Of a DNA stretch of 64,000 nucleotides, positions 52,326 to 64,000 are shown one piece after another. The stretch is from NCBI GenBank assembly GCA_030704615.1, contig CM060732.1, positions 57,350,001 to 57,414,000 on the forward strand. The letters are read 5' to 3'. The notes beneath the pieces were generated by a model. The model was not told the origin of the DNA and ran no database searches. It was given only the letters and a program-made list of their open reading frames with translations. Source of the DNA: Takakia lepidozioides (Eukaryota > Plantae > Bryophyta). The position numbers and the translations under genes were made by a program. Position 1 is the first letter of the stretch. Each line of letters opens with the position of its first letter.

Positions 52326-54461
52326 AAATTGCTCCTTTGTCTAATATGCGCAACGCCTCTTTCAGTTTCCTGCCTTACATAGTGTCCTCACAGCCCCACC
52401 AGTGCCAGTTCCTGTTGAATCCCTCTCTTGGTCCTCTTTCAGAATCGGTGGTCATGGTGGAGGTGCCAGATTCAGACACATGTTCCTGATTCAACCCTGC
52501 CATGCTGCAGCATGATTCAAAACTCTTAGTTGAAGATATTGATGCTCAAACTCACATCTCGAAGCTCCTAGACACTCAAAGAAATACACTTTCATAAGGA
52601 CGGGCTCCTTGAGCTCCTTGCAATATGCAATGGGTGGGCTCAAGGTCTTCAGTCCTGAAAACTACAGTGAGAGTACTTTGCAGGATACTAACAGAAAGGC
52701 CAGAACTCCAGGAGGTCAGGATCTGCAAAAGGATTGTCATACTGGAAGCATCCAGACGATCCCCCTCCACCAGGGCTCGCTGCAGACTTTAGCCTAGCTG
52801 CTTCCAGCTTCCCCAAACAACCAGCTCCCCATTCAGTTTTTTTATAGCTATCAATCCGCAGTGCCTTGTTGGTGTTGTGTGCTTGAAATCTGGTCCTCTA
52901 GAGTAAATCTGCACCCAGACTCCATTCTACCTCCCTCAGCTGTCCTGCCTCTACAATAATAAGAAATATATCTTTCCCCTCACATCAAGTAGCTGAAATG
53001 ACAACCCATAATTTACAGAGCACACATTTCACCCCTACCTGCCAGACGTGTGCTGAATTGCTACCAAAGACTAAAGAGAGAGACACAGAGAGTATGCTTG
53101 CAAGTGTTGATTATTCCAAAGCCTTCAGGGTCTGTCATGGGGTCTAAACCCATCAGGACTTGAATACATAGGCACAATTGTCATATCATCTCGCAGTCAA
53201 CACACAATCGGATTACAGAGGAATGAATGCAGATACATTGACTGGCATTGACGTCATGGACGATGTTCATCTTTGCACTGCTACATGGCCCTCCAACTTA
53301 AATAAAAACACATGTGGCTATGATTGCGCTACAACTTGCTCTTCACACTACAGTGCCAAAGGGGAGAGAATGTAGTCTCTGACCATTGCTACGCATCACC
53401 TTGGTCTTCCTTGAGGAAACTGGTGAGGATATCATGCCACCAGGTGATTGAGACAGACTGAAGCTGTTCATCCTTCAGCTACCCATACATCCAACAAAAC
53501 CGCACACATCCCCTGGCAAGAAGTAGCTGACGATCCCAACCCATAATCCACAGAGCAAACCATCCCTTCTGCCTACCAAAGACTAATTCCTATTCTGAAT
53601 CGGTGGCAAGAATCTTCTTAAAAAGGTGTATGAGGGAGACAGACCGATTGAATCCTTGTAAAATGTTGATACAGCTAAATTTCCGAGAGGATTAATCCCC
53701 ACTGGACTCCCAGAGTCGGTCATGGGGTTCCAATCCCCCGGGTACAAAGTAAAACGCCAATCGTCATACTGCTCCTTCACAGTCAGTCAAGCATACGAGT
53801 GCAGGAAATTGACTCCTGAATGTCAGGGTCCTTATTAACATCATCTTGGAAAGAAAAGTGTTCATATCAGCTGAGTTAGCCCATACCTCCAAATATGAGT
53901 CTTCTGGTTGTGGTTTTGCACTGCCCAGTGCAGTTCACACTTCAGTGCAAAAAGGAGAATGTAGTCACTGACATCGCAATCAGTCACCTCATGGGCTGTG
54001 TCCACTGCCCTAGAACGTATGACGATCACTCCAGCGCTGCTCCACTAGCTTAGCTTGCAACAAATGTGACACATTCGAATGCGGTTCAGACCCTCTCACA
54101 CGGAAAAACGGAGCTATCGTTACATCGCCTGAATTTCTTGAAATCATGTTGTTGACAGCCTCTACAGACAGCCAGCAGTCAGACAGCCTGGGTTGGTGGC
54201 TTCTATTTTTTAAAGAATTGTGGGGCTCGAGACAGTTTTCATCCCAGAGATGATGGATGATATCATTGAATCAGGAAATTCCTAAGGAAGCCGCGCAAGG
54301 GAGAAGGAAGAAACCCTAGGAGCTGCAGTGAGAGCGAAGAAGAGAAAAGAGAGAGAGAAGGGAGAGGAGGAGCAAGGTGTGAGGTGCAAGCAGATCGACA
54401 TCGCAGTGCAGAGAGATTTTGCAGACCACGCAGCGAGAGCTGGGCTGAAGGAGAGAGGGAG

Positions 54462-56420
54462 ATGGCGCACAGGCTGTTGCGGGATGTGGAAGCGGATGGG
54501 TGGGAGCGTTCGGATTTTCCCATCATCTGCGAGTCGTGCCTGGGTGATAACCCGTACGTGCGCATGGTATGTCGAGTTCCACGCTCTTTGTGGATTTTAC
54601 AGTGAAGCCTTATGTGATCAATTTTGCTGTGGTCTTGTTGGGATTTGGGTTGGCACAGACGAAGGCGAATTTTGACAAGGAGTGCAAGATATGTACGCGG
54701 CCTTTTACGGTGTTCCGGTGGAGACCTGGACGGGATGCTCGATACAAGAAATCAGAGGTGTGCCAGACGTGTAGCAAGCTGAAAAATGTTTGTCAGGTCT
54801 GCTTGCTTGATCTTGAATATGGCCTTCCCGTTCAAGTGAGAGACACTGCCCTCGGCATCAGCACAAGTGATGCAATCCCAAAGAGCGACGTCAACCGCGA
54901 GTACTTTGCGGAAGAGCAGGATCGCAAGGTACCCCCTGCCCTCGCCCTTATCTCTCCTTTGCACGTTGTTAACCTCCCTCTTTGACTGAACAAGGTGGTC
55001 ACAGCCACAAAAGGAAACTGATAGCTGACATCGAGGAGTGCATGTCTGTCTCAAAGAAGTGCAAATATAGGCAATTACGTACCTTTGGGAAGTACAGTAG
55101 CAGTGTTGGAATCATGCTTCTGGTTGTAATGTTTGCTCTCCTCAGACTGCAGTCTTGCAGGGTAATTGCAGGGTAAGACGCTTAACGAGATTGTTTGCAC
55201 AAAAAGTTCAGAGAAGTCTTCAGATGTATTCTTGGAGCACTCTTTAACCTAACATGATGTATTCAATATGAATTTCCCAGGCAAGAGCAGGTTTGGACTA
55301 TGAATCTTCGTTTGGAAAGGCACGGCCAAATGACACAATTCTGAAGCTTCAACGGACTACACCCTATTACAAGAGAAATCGTGCACATATTTGCAGTTTC
55401 TATGTAAGGGGTGAGTGCACCCGTGGAGCTGAGTGCCCTTATCGCCATGAAATGCCTGTCACAGGGGAGCTGTCTCAACAAAACATCAGGGACCGCTACT
55501 ACGGGTACGAAGTCGTTTTTCTTCTGGTATAGTAAAGATAGTAGATTCAGAAAAACTATGTACTAAACGTTGTTGTTCTAAACGTCAATGGCTGCCTCTA
55601 AAACTATTCATTCTAATGTGCACATTTGGATTGCTTCAGGGTAAACGATCCAGTGGCAGCAAAGCTATTGAGGAAGGCTGGTGACATGCCCTCTTTGGTA
55701 CCACCTGAGGATATGAACATCAGGACACTCTATGTGGGGGGACTTGATGCCCGTGTCTCAGAAGAGGATCTCAAGGACCAGTTTTACAGTTATGGGGAGA
55801 TTGAGTCAATCCGAATGGTGCCACAACGTGCATGTGCATTTGTCACCTACACCAGCAGGGAAGGTGCTGACAAGGCTGCTGACAATCTAGCCAACAAGCT
55901 GGTTATCAAAGGCTTGAGGTTGAAGCTTATGTGGGGGAAACCCCAGGTTGCAAAAACTGAACTTGAGGGAGCGGCTGAAGGAGAAGATAATGCAAAAGAG
56001 AACCTTGGAAGCGGAATTCTATCTCGTACAGGAATGCTTCCACGAGCAGTTATCTCCCAGCAACAACAACAGCATCAGCAAGTTGCTGGCCAAGATCAAG
56101 CTCCACTCAACTATTTCAACTTACCTCCGCCACCGCCCCCATCTCAGAGGCCCTTCTATCCATCAATGGACCCACAACGAATGGGAGCAGTTGCTCCAGG
56201 CCAAGAGTCAAATGCCAACTCTGGTCAAGGTGAGGGTTCAAACCCTGGCCAACCAGGCCAGCCTTCAAATTTTGGTGGCCCTCCCATGGGGCCTCCTCCA
56301 TATGGGTATGTTCCATATCCGCAGCCCCGAGGACCCCCTTCTCATCTGTACCCACACTATCCCCCTCCCCCCTTCCAACCTGGACCTCCACCACAGCAGT
56401 ATTACCATTCTCAGTACTGA
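54462..56420 (+). CDS. RBM22: Pre-mRNA splicing factor RBM22/Cwc2/Slt11-like CCCH-RRM protein; exons 54462-54566, 54659-54928, 55281-55504, 55640-56420
   Basis: [66 protein letters not shown], and a Pro-rich tail. Confidence 0.95.
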
Positions 56421-56825
56421 GGGATCATCCGGCATGTCGAAGAATGGTCCTCCACAGATGCAAACCACTACAAGCATGGACTGAATATGACGAAATCGTG
56501 AATGAGCATTCGTGCAGTCTATGTGACAGGCTCCAGGGATTTCCTCTGCCACCTGTTCCACCAAGAGCAGGTGGTGTCTGAGAGACAAACAACTCAGTGT
56601 TGCAATACAAGTTAGCACATGGATTCCATAGCAGGTCTTGCCAATAGGCAAAGAAGGCATGATGGGAGACTATCTCGTACGGTCCGGAGAGCACTTAGTA
56701 GGCGTGTAGGTGAAGTTTACTGTAGGCTGCATCAGCCCTGTTATAGCTGGTAACCTAAGCTGGCAGGTTTCTGAAACTGGAACTTAGGGCAGGCACATTC
56801 AACTAACACTTCTTCAGCTGCTGGC

Positions 56826-56975
56826 AAGCAACTCTTCCTTGCAGGCAGATTCCTTACAGATATGTGTGAGTTGATCATTTAAAAATGTTTTATCAGTACC
56901 AAGCAACTCTTCCTTGCAGGCAGATTCTTTACAGATATGTGTGAATTGATCATTTAAAAATGTTTTATCAGTACC
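56826..56975. repeat. 75-bp tandem duplication
   Basis: 56826-56900 versus 56901-56975, 2 mismatches. Confidence 0.95.
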
Positions 56976-57063
56976 CTTTGGGATTTAGTCTGTTCTACGT
57001 GCTAGAGGGACGAGTGAGAGTAGCCTATGGAAAAATACTACTGTGTATCCGAGATTTTCTTGT

Positions 57064-57200
57064 CCTAATAACTAGGGAGAGCCCTCTCAACGTGAGTACC
57101 AAAACCCACCGTTGTGCATCATCGCAGAGAGGGTTTGCACCCTCACCCGCTCAGCGTGGACTGCCTGTTACTATGGCAGTCTTAATGAGATGTGTGGCCG
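57064..57200 (-). ncRNA. Candidate Fanzor omegaRNA scaffold
   Basis: A dense run of stems starts right after the Fanzor stop: gactgcc/ggcagtc, gagggt/accctc, caacg-tgggt/actcacgttg, gagag/ctctc, ccta/tagg. The position matches known TnpB/Fanzor loci. Confidence 0.6.
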
Positions 57201-60200
57201 GGCACGCCCCTCTCCCGCCTCTCCACCCTGCAGAATGCCGGGTGGCGAGGCTGGGAGTCCCGCATTTCCAAGAACCTGTGCATGATGTTGACCGCCGCGT
57301 TGACGTCACGGTTCCATGTAGTCCGATAGCAGGCTGTGTTGGGACACAGTCGGACCGCGTATGAGCCGCGACGCCCAGTCTTTCCCGGGAATCAGCATTG
57401 GGGCATGGCCTCCATCCTCTCGCTGCAACCGCAGCATAGTTGGCTGGTTCGAAACTCGTCCACCATCACCACCTCGCCCGCCTTCTCCCGTATCTTCTTC
57501 TACAGCTTGGAGGTTGGTGTGCTCTCCGTCCCGGGGCTGTTGTGCGCGAAAGAGGCGTCCCCGAAGGCCACCACCGTCGTCGGGTCGTTCGCCGTCACCT
57601 CCCTCGCGAGCGTCGCGTAGGCCCATTCCGTCTTTATCCATGTCGCCCACCTCAGCTCCCTCATCCTCTTGTTCACCACGTAGAACTCGTTCAGTGCCCG
57701 GAGATGTGTCAGCACCGACGCCGCATACAGGCTATACCCCGCTACAGTCGCCACCTTAGCGGAGACGGTGTTGAGCCTCGAATTGAACTGCGTCACGGCT
57801 TCGTTCCAGGCCGTCCACCTCTTCGTCAGCTTGGCCCGCCGCCGGTACCCACACATGGTGTAGAACCACGCCTTGCTGCAGCGGATCACTTGGAACCGGT
57901 CTTTTTTGTCCACCCACGGCTCGTTCAGCGCGGCCTCTGCCTTGGGCGAGTACACCACTCCCAGGTAGAGGTACTTTCGGCCGGGGTCGATGGCCACGAC
58001 TCGTTTCGGCAATGGCACGTGGGTGTGCGGAGTCGGTTTGGGCATCTCCTTTTTCTTGCGTCCTTTCACCTGCGAAAAACGACGACACCAACGTCCGTTT
58101 AAGAAACAGGTATGAAGCTTTTACTTCAATACATTTCCCGAACAAAAAGAGAATCTCTCGGGTATGCCAACGCCTTAAATGGGGTCTTTCACCAATACAA
58201 GGTTGCGGCGTCTGGAGGCACTTAACCACACATGTTTGCAGGGGGCATATATGATCATAAACCATTCTGCTGTAGCAACAGATCATGTTGCCATGTTTTT
58301 AACCTTCAGCTAAAACCGATTTTCGATTCATGGAAACGTCACATAAACAACTCATGTAAAGCGACGAGCCTCGCTTTCGGGTTCTGCAAGGAGGGTGGAG
58401 ATACCGCCTTCCTAGCCCTTGACGTTGCACATAATAAGACGATGCTGGTCGTCCAACAAGTTCACCCGCATTTGCGTCAGGAGCCGGTACGCCCGATCAC
58501 TAAAGGCAATAAAAAGCAAACATGGCGAATGAAGCAGTTGTCTTACTCTGGCTGTGACTGTAGGTTGGCGTCGGGGCGAGCCCAACAGCACGCTGACTGC
58601 AACCCCGTCGGTTGTTATAAAATTCTGAAACGTGAGTCCTCTTCCAGGTCGTTCAAACTTCCGGTCGATTTTGAAAAAGCTGTTCCACCCCAACACAATC
58701 CACAATTAGTAAAACGAAATGAACACGAGCTTGGGGCATATGTCAGCAATGGATACGACAACAAAGGGAGCACGAGTGACCTCCCGTCGTTCCGCACGTG
58801 CGGCATACATGTGCTGACCGCATACATGTGCTGACCGCTGGTTCATCCTCTAGTACCCTCATCCTCTCCCCCTCCCCGCGAAAGAAAACAAGGAGGATGC
58901 GGGGGCAAACTTACAATCTCCACAGTTCGTCGTCGCTCAAGCTTTCTAGACCGGGATGATTATGCACTATCGGGGTTGCCTTTGTCGCGAACGACCACAG
59001 GATGGTGTTGGTGATGGCTAACTGGACTGGCCTGACGCGCTTTTGTGGTAGGAGTGAGAAGAGCCGGAGCCCTTTGAGCTTCCTCACACACGTCGGGCGC
59101 CGTCTCGGATGCAGCCTCCCGGCGTTGGCCATATCCTCGTGGTATGCACCGAGGTCTTGCAGGATTTTCCATGTTGTTGCGAGGTAGTCCTGTTTCTTTA
59201 GGTCGAGCGGCAACAGTTCTCCAGGAAGAAGGTTGGTTCTCATGAGGTGGCATATGTGGACCAGACTCTCAATCTGTCCGGCATCTATGTCGCGGAGCGT
59301 GGTGTACCGCGCCTTGCACGCATGAATCGACGCATCCGCGGATCCCTGCTCGTGGGCAAGTGCGGCCGTAATCACCAAAGAGACGGCGACGCGGACGTTT
59401 TTGGCGTGGAAGGAAATAGCGGATTTGGACAGCATCATTCTTGCCCATTTCTTGAGTCGAGGAACCAAATTGACCGCGAGGGAGGTCTTGAAGTTGTCGT
59501 GCATCTCATCGGCTAGCATGCCAGTGAGGTGAGTCCAGTGAGGCTTGCGCATCGATTTCGTGTATCCTGCCGGCCGGAGCAGCTTGAACCGAACATATGA
59601 TGTGATGATTTCGGGGTCCTTGTTTTGGGGGAGCCTCCCGTCGATCAGGACGGCGCACACTGCCCGGTTGAAAAACGTCGACTTGCGTTGTAAGCCGTCG
59701 GGGAGGGCCAGTCCTTCTGCAAGACACCGCATGATATGGTACGACGCAAACAGGGATGCTTCCACAGCCAGCTGTGTCAATTCCTCCACGACTTTTCTCA
59801 TGGCGTCCCTCAGGCAGAAGCTTTTGCCAAAGCTGACCTTCACCGATATGTAGTCAAGGGCCTCCCTTTTGACGGCGCGTTGTTGTCTCCTTTGGCCCGA
59901 AGCCGTCGATGGTGCGGTCGGCTGAGGACTTGCTTGGCCGTTGGATATGCTGTTGCGCTCGCCGGATGGAGGAACCGCCGTCTCAGGCATATGTTGGTGG
60001 CAGACCGTCGTTGATGGCCGGTTCGCAGAGCACCGTTTCCTAGAGGAATCGGTCTCACCAGTTTCAGACTCGGCTGGACGTTTCCTGCTGTCCCTTGAAA
60101 TATCAACTTCCGTCGGACTGGACAGATTGGGACTGTCTTCGATTTTTTGTCGTTTCTTTCCCAATAACTTCTGTCTCGATAATTTGCTGCAATCCGCGGA

Positions 60201-60398
60201 CGTCAATGAAGCATCGTTTGACGGCAAATTTTGAAACTGATCCGCATCGTCGGATTCGCTGGGACATTTCCGTGTACAATGTCGTTCTAGTGTCGATGAA
60301 TTCGGTGTTCCTGTCCGACATTGGCGTGAATGCGTTGATCGATGTTTGCGTGGCGGTGTTGGATGTTGGAAAGCCAGGTGCAAACGTCAACGGAACAT
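57182..60398 (-). pseudogene. Fanzor1 (eukaryotic TnpB-derived RNA-guided endonuclease); exons 60398-58915, 58679-58547, 58069-57182 (~835 codons)
   Basis: FSLLP, ITTDGVAVSV, RuvC-I VVAIDPG, VVAFGDASF, RuvC-II VDEFRTSQLCCGC, CPNTAC, RuvC-III WNRDVNAAVNI. GT-AG introns are in phase. Stops at 60389-60387, 57502-57500 and 57394-57392. Confidence 0.93.
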
Positions 60399-60708
60399 CG
60401 CGTGGCAGCGGATTTTGAATCCTCCTGGTAGAGGATCACTTCCTCATGATGGGGAATCCAATTCTGTATACATATCAAAAAAAATTATTTTCAAAAACCA
60501 AAAAAAAAAAAAAAAAAAAAAACAATGTTGAAATGTTTGGAAATGGAGCATCAATCACTATTGAAAAAAAAAAAAGATCATGAATGACTCAACTGTTCAG
60601 CCGATACTCGCTATATCGATCAATATTTCCGTCGAGAGCTCTTCAAAATTAATCAACTAATAAATCCTATCAATCCTACCTTTCTACATAGGCCCACTCC
60701 TAATTACC

Positions 60709-61482
60709 CTACAGCACCCCAACACTGGCACTAAGTCCTCGGTCTATTACTGCCTTGTCCAGGCGATCGGCTCGATTGGCGATCCACCCTCCAGCCGCTG
60801 GGAGTTGATGAAATCCGTGTAGGTAAAAACAACCTAAAGTTTGAAATAGTTCAGCAAATGCCTTAGACATGTGACCATCTGTCAATTGCACCAGGCCATA
60901 TCCAGCAGAACGGACAGGACGGGGAGGAGACCCTGTACAAACTCCAGAAATAGTGACACTGAGCGAATAACACCAAGGCTAAACACATAGGTATTCGATT
61001 GACGAAACGCCTCTGGACGACGAGGCATTCCACCCTATCGCCGGATACACCAACGGGAATACATGGATCCGATGAACTACGTCGTGCACCGGGTAGGGAA
61101 AGGTAAACCGTTGAAATAAATTTAACATTTTATTATATAAAACAATAAGACAAATATTTATTATAAATGCTTCGTCCTACCCATAGAAAAACATATATAT
61201 ATATATATTCGAATAATATTTCTAAAATAAATAAATTATTAATAACGGAAAAAAATGAACGACGTGTTCAGCCAACACAAACTCAGGAGCTGGGAAACCA
61301 CCGTGTGCATCCAACGATCCACCGTCCACTGATACATTCGAGGTGGACACATCCGACGGTTTGTAAACGACGATGATCACTCCTTCCAAAACAACGTTGT
61401 TTATAAATACCTTGACCATCCTCGAAACGGCGTCATAAGAAACAACGTCGTCGTCGTCCGAGGTGCTCCATGGACGGCGCAT
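60709..61482 (-). pseudogene. Putative BAH-like domain coding segment interrupted by an AT-rich insertion
   Basis: Removing ~61092-61245 gives SRMVKVF..VYKPSDV..GGFPAPEFVLAEHVVHFFPVHDVVHRIHVF, which resembles the BAH consensus by eye. Confidence 0.4.
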
Positions 61483-62711
61483 AGTTCATGGAATTAGCGC
61501 ACATATTTGCAATCGTCGAGTTGTCACACGTCCATACTACGCAACGACAGTGAGGATAGCACATTGACGCCGAATGTCACCGTGCACAAACACCATCGCG
61601 TTAAAAAAACGCAAAGCGTAGGAATGTCAGACGGCGGCTCCCGTGGACTCGAGCGACTCCGATTTTCAAAGACCACCGCCACGCAACCAACGGTCAGAGC
61701 CTCCACGCAAACGTCAGACAGTGACACCGAAGAGAACAAAAGTACAATGGCACAACACACCGGCATGTCCCAGCGAATCCGTCGCCTCGGATCAAGGTAA
61801 TATCTAGCGAAGCCTGCAAATTTCCTAGGAAATCCTCTATCTCTGCCCTACTCATCTGCTTGTCGTATTTTTATTTTATTATTATTATTTTCCCTCTCTC
61901 TCTCTCTTTCTTATCAATTCCCTGCTACTGCCCGTAGCGGCCGCGCTCCAGTGGCTACGTAGTACGTCTCAACTTTGATTCCGGAGAAATGGTTGATGCT
62001 TTAGGGTATGTAGATTTGCTCATAACTTTGGTCTCTTCGTATTTCTCTGAGTTGTATGTTGATATTCACTCATTGAAGGGTCGTTGAAACTGAATATACG
62101 TCCAAGTATATGCATGATCCACCAGTGGCCATGATCACGGAGGTGTGTAGATTTACTGGGCGATTTACTTGGATTTATGTCGCTTAGGGATGGCGTGCAA
62201 GCGGTGGAAAGCATTTCCAGCAACTCCGAATTTATTTATTTTTTATTTTTTTCCCGTTTGTGTGTGCAACCAACTCACGTCGTCCTTCTATGTAACGCGC
62301 ACTAATACGTTGCGCAATGACTTTGCAGACAATGAACGCGCGAGAAACACGTCGTGCGGCAGAGTGAAAAAAAAAATAACTGTATGCATCAATATTGAAA
62401 TTGCTGAGTCGATTCCACAGTTTGGTTGACTATAAACATACAAAGTGGATTATACAAAGTGTGATGTCCCCATGTTGTGGGGCACGGAAACCTCCCCTTG
62501 TTTATGCTTTAGAGAAAGAAGAATGGGAGAAAATTTGTAAAGAAAGAAGAAGAAAAAAACTGTATGGATCTGGATACAGACCCTGTGCTAGCGCCGGGAT
62601 CGCAAGTCCTGAAAAAAACAAAGAAAAAAAATGACTACATGAAGAACGACGAGAAGCGCCGGTCCTTGCACAAGACATTTCCCACCAATACTGATGTGTA
62701 ACTAGAACCGC

Positions 62712-64000
62712 CTAGTTTCTTCGAACGTCCAGCGGGACGAACGGTCTCGGATTTCTGAAACTCGGTTTCCCCTTTTTCTTTGCCGAATGTTGGCAACCGG
62801 GACGTTGAATGTTTACCACGTTAGATCGATCCAGGGGTGGACGTGCTCTGACCATTGCAAAAATCTCCAACGGGACCGGCTTATCAGTCAACTGGATGAC
62901 CTCGGTCTGCACGATCCCCGTTTCCGATGCCGGAGATCCCTCCCGCATGTCGACGGACGGGCCAGCCAGCGGGAAAACCTGTCCAAATGACCGAGCCGCC
63001 GAATCTCGTGACGCGTCCTTGTACGCGCCCAAACAAACCTCTACAACCCGACATTGCAATTTCTGCAACCAACAACGACGTCCTCCGTCAACCCTCGAAT
63101 TGTTTTGTATTTTGTTTTGTTATTTTATTCTATGTCTTGAATGTATTTCCACGATGAACTATGGTTACGCGATGGTGTGGCAGTGCGTACCACCATGACG
63201 TGCGTGGCGTCCCCCCCCCCCCCCGCGAATAAATTGATAGCCGTCATCCCGGAGGCTAGGAACTGGGACAGGGCATCGCTCGTCGTCCTAAGCGGCAGCT
63301 CCTGCTCGTGCACGCGAATCCCATCCAAGTCCCGGTCGTCGTCCGCGTCCTCGTCGAGGAACACGCTCATGATCCGCGCATCGGGTTTGCCGACGACTTT
63401 GGAACGCACCACCTCCGTCGCGTCACGTCCTTCCATAATGTGGAAAACGTAGTTCAACACCTCCACTGGGTCTGTGAGCATACCGCCCCGGAACTGTTCG
63501 GCATGCCGTGCTGGCAGGTAGAACCACTGCTCCATGTGGAATCCAGGCAGGCTCCGAACGTGCGCCACCAGCATGCGCGACGTCGCAGGGTCGGCAATGA
63601 CGCAAACTACCCCCACCCTCGCCGACTGCGTGACCACCAAGAGACTGTCAAAATGCACTGACTCCCAGCGCCCGCCGCCCTTCGCGGTGCTCACGAACAC
63701 TACGGCCGCGCCCGACAGAATTGCGCCCAGGTCCAGCTGATCTAGAGAATCCACCGCCAAAACCCGGAAAGCGTCGGCTGGGGAACGGCCCGCGGCGGCC
63801 GACCCCACGCCATCCATTTTGACGGCCCGCTTCTTCAACTCCAGCAGCCTGACAAACGCCTCCGGCGCGGACTCCTTCGCCACGATCGGCTTGGCCCTTC
63901 CCGCCAGGTACGCCTTCCCCAGCGCGCCCTCCAGCTGCGCCATGTCCGCGCGGTCGAGCTGGTAACGAGCCTTCACGTCCTTCCACTCCCCCAACGTGTA
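62712..64000 (-). CDS. TE-associated protein with a degenerate beta-class N6/N4 methyltransferase-like fold (5' end outside the window)
   Basis: HEQELP..ALSQFLASGMTAINLFAGGGGDATHVMV spliced (GT near 63189, AG near 63063) to KLQCRVVEV parallels H.xKP..L...S..GD.VLDPFAGSGTT..A..LGR.FIG.E. No DPPY seen. Confidence 0.5.

Noticed and set aside
53150-54020. Decayed coding-like sequence with an internal diverged duplication
   Set aside because: No family recognisable by eye and the frames are too broken to call.

Overview
This is eukaryotic, TE-rich land-plant DNA. It is probably from a non-seed plant such as a bryophyte; that is an inference from the GT-AG spliced genes, a PPR-DYW relic and a half-tRNA-primed Copia. 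Positions 1-26.5 kb hold a nested and rearranged pair of elements. The first is a ~13 kb Mutator-like element (MULE) with long TIRs, a 9-bp TSD CTAATAAAC, a DDE/SWIM transposase and a convergent Zn-finger/Ulp1 gene. It was interrupted by an unusual Gypsy-like retroelement whose pol carries a DNMT3-like C5 cytosine methyltransferase and a C-terminal PHD finger. That retroelement ends in split direct repeats (B...A-B-A, 4-bp TSD) rather than paired LTRs. An ~11 kb block of this nest is inverted, as shown by both TSDs. Positions 28-57 kb contain host genes (UGT, GRAM/GEM-like, LORELEI-like, RBM22/Cwc2-like), a full-length but decayed Copia, non-autonomous Helitron-like repeats and several relics. 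Positions 57-64 kb are a large TE-like region with an intron-containing Fanzor1 gene (RuvC triad intact, three stops explicable by C>T changes), a hairpin-rich candidate omegaRNA, and upstream BAH-like and degenerate N6/N4-methyltransferase-like coding segments. All calls come from reading the sequence by eye; no searches were run.
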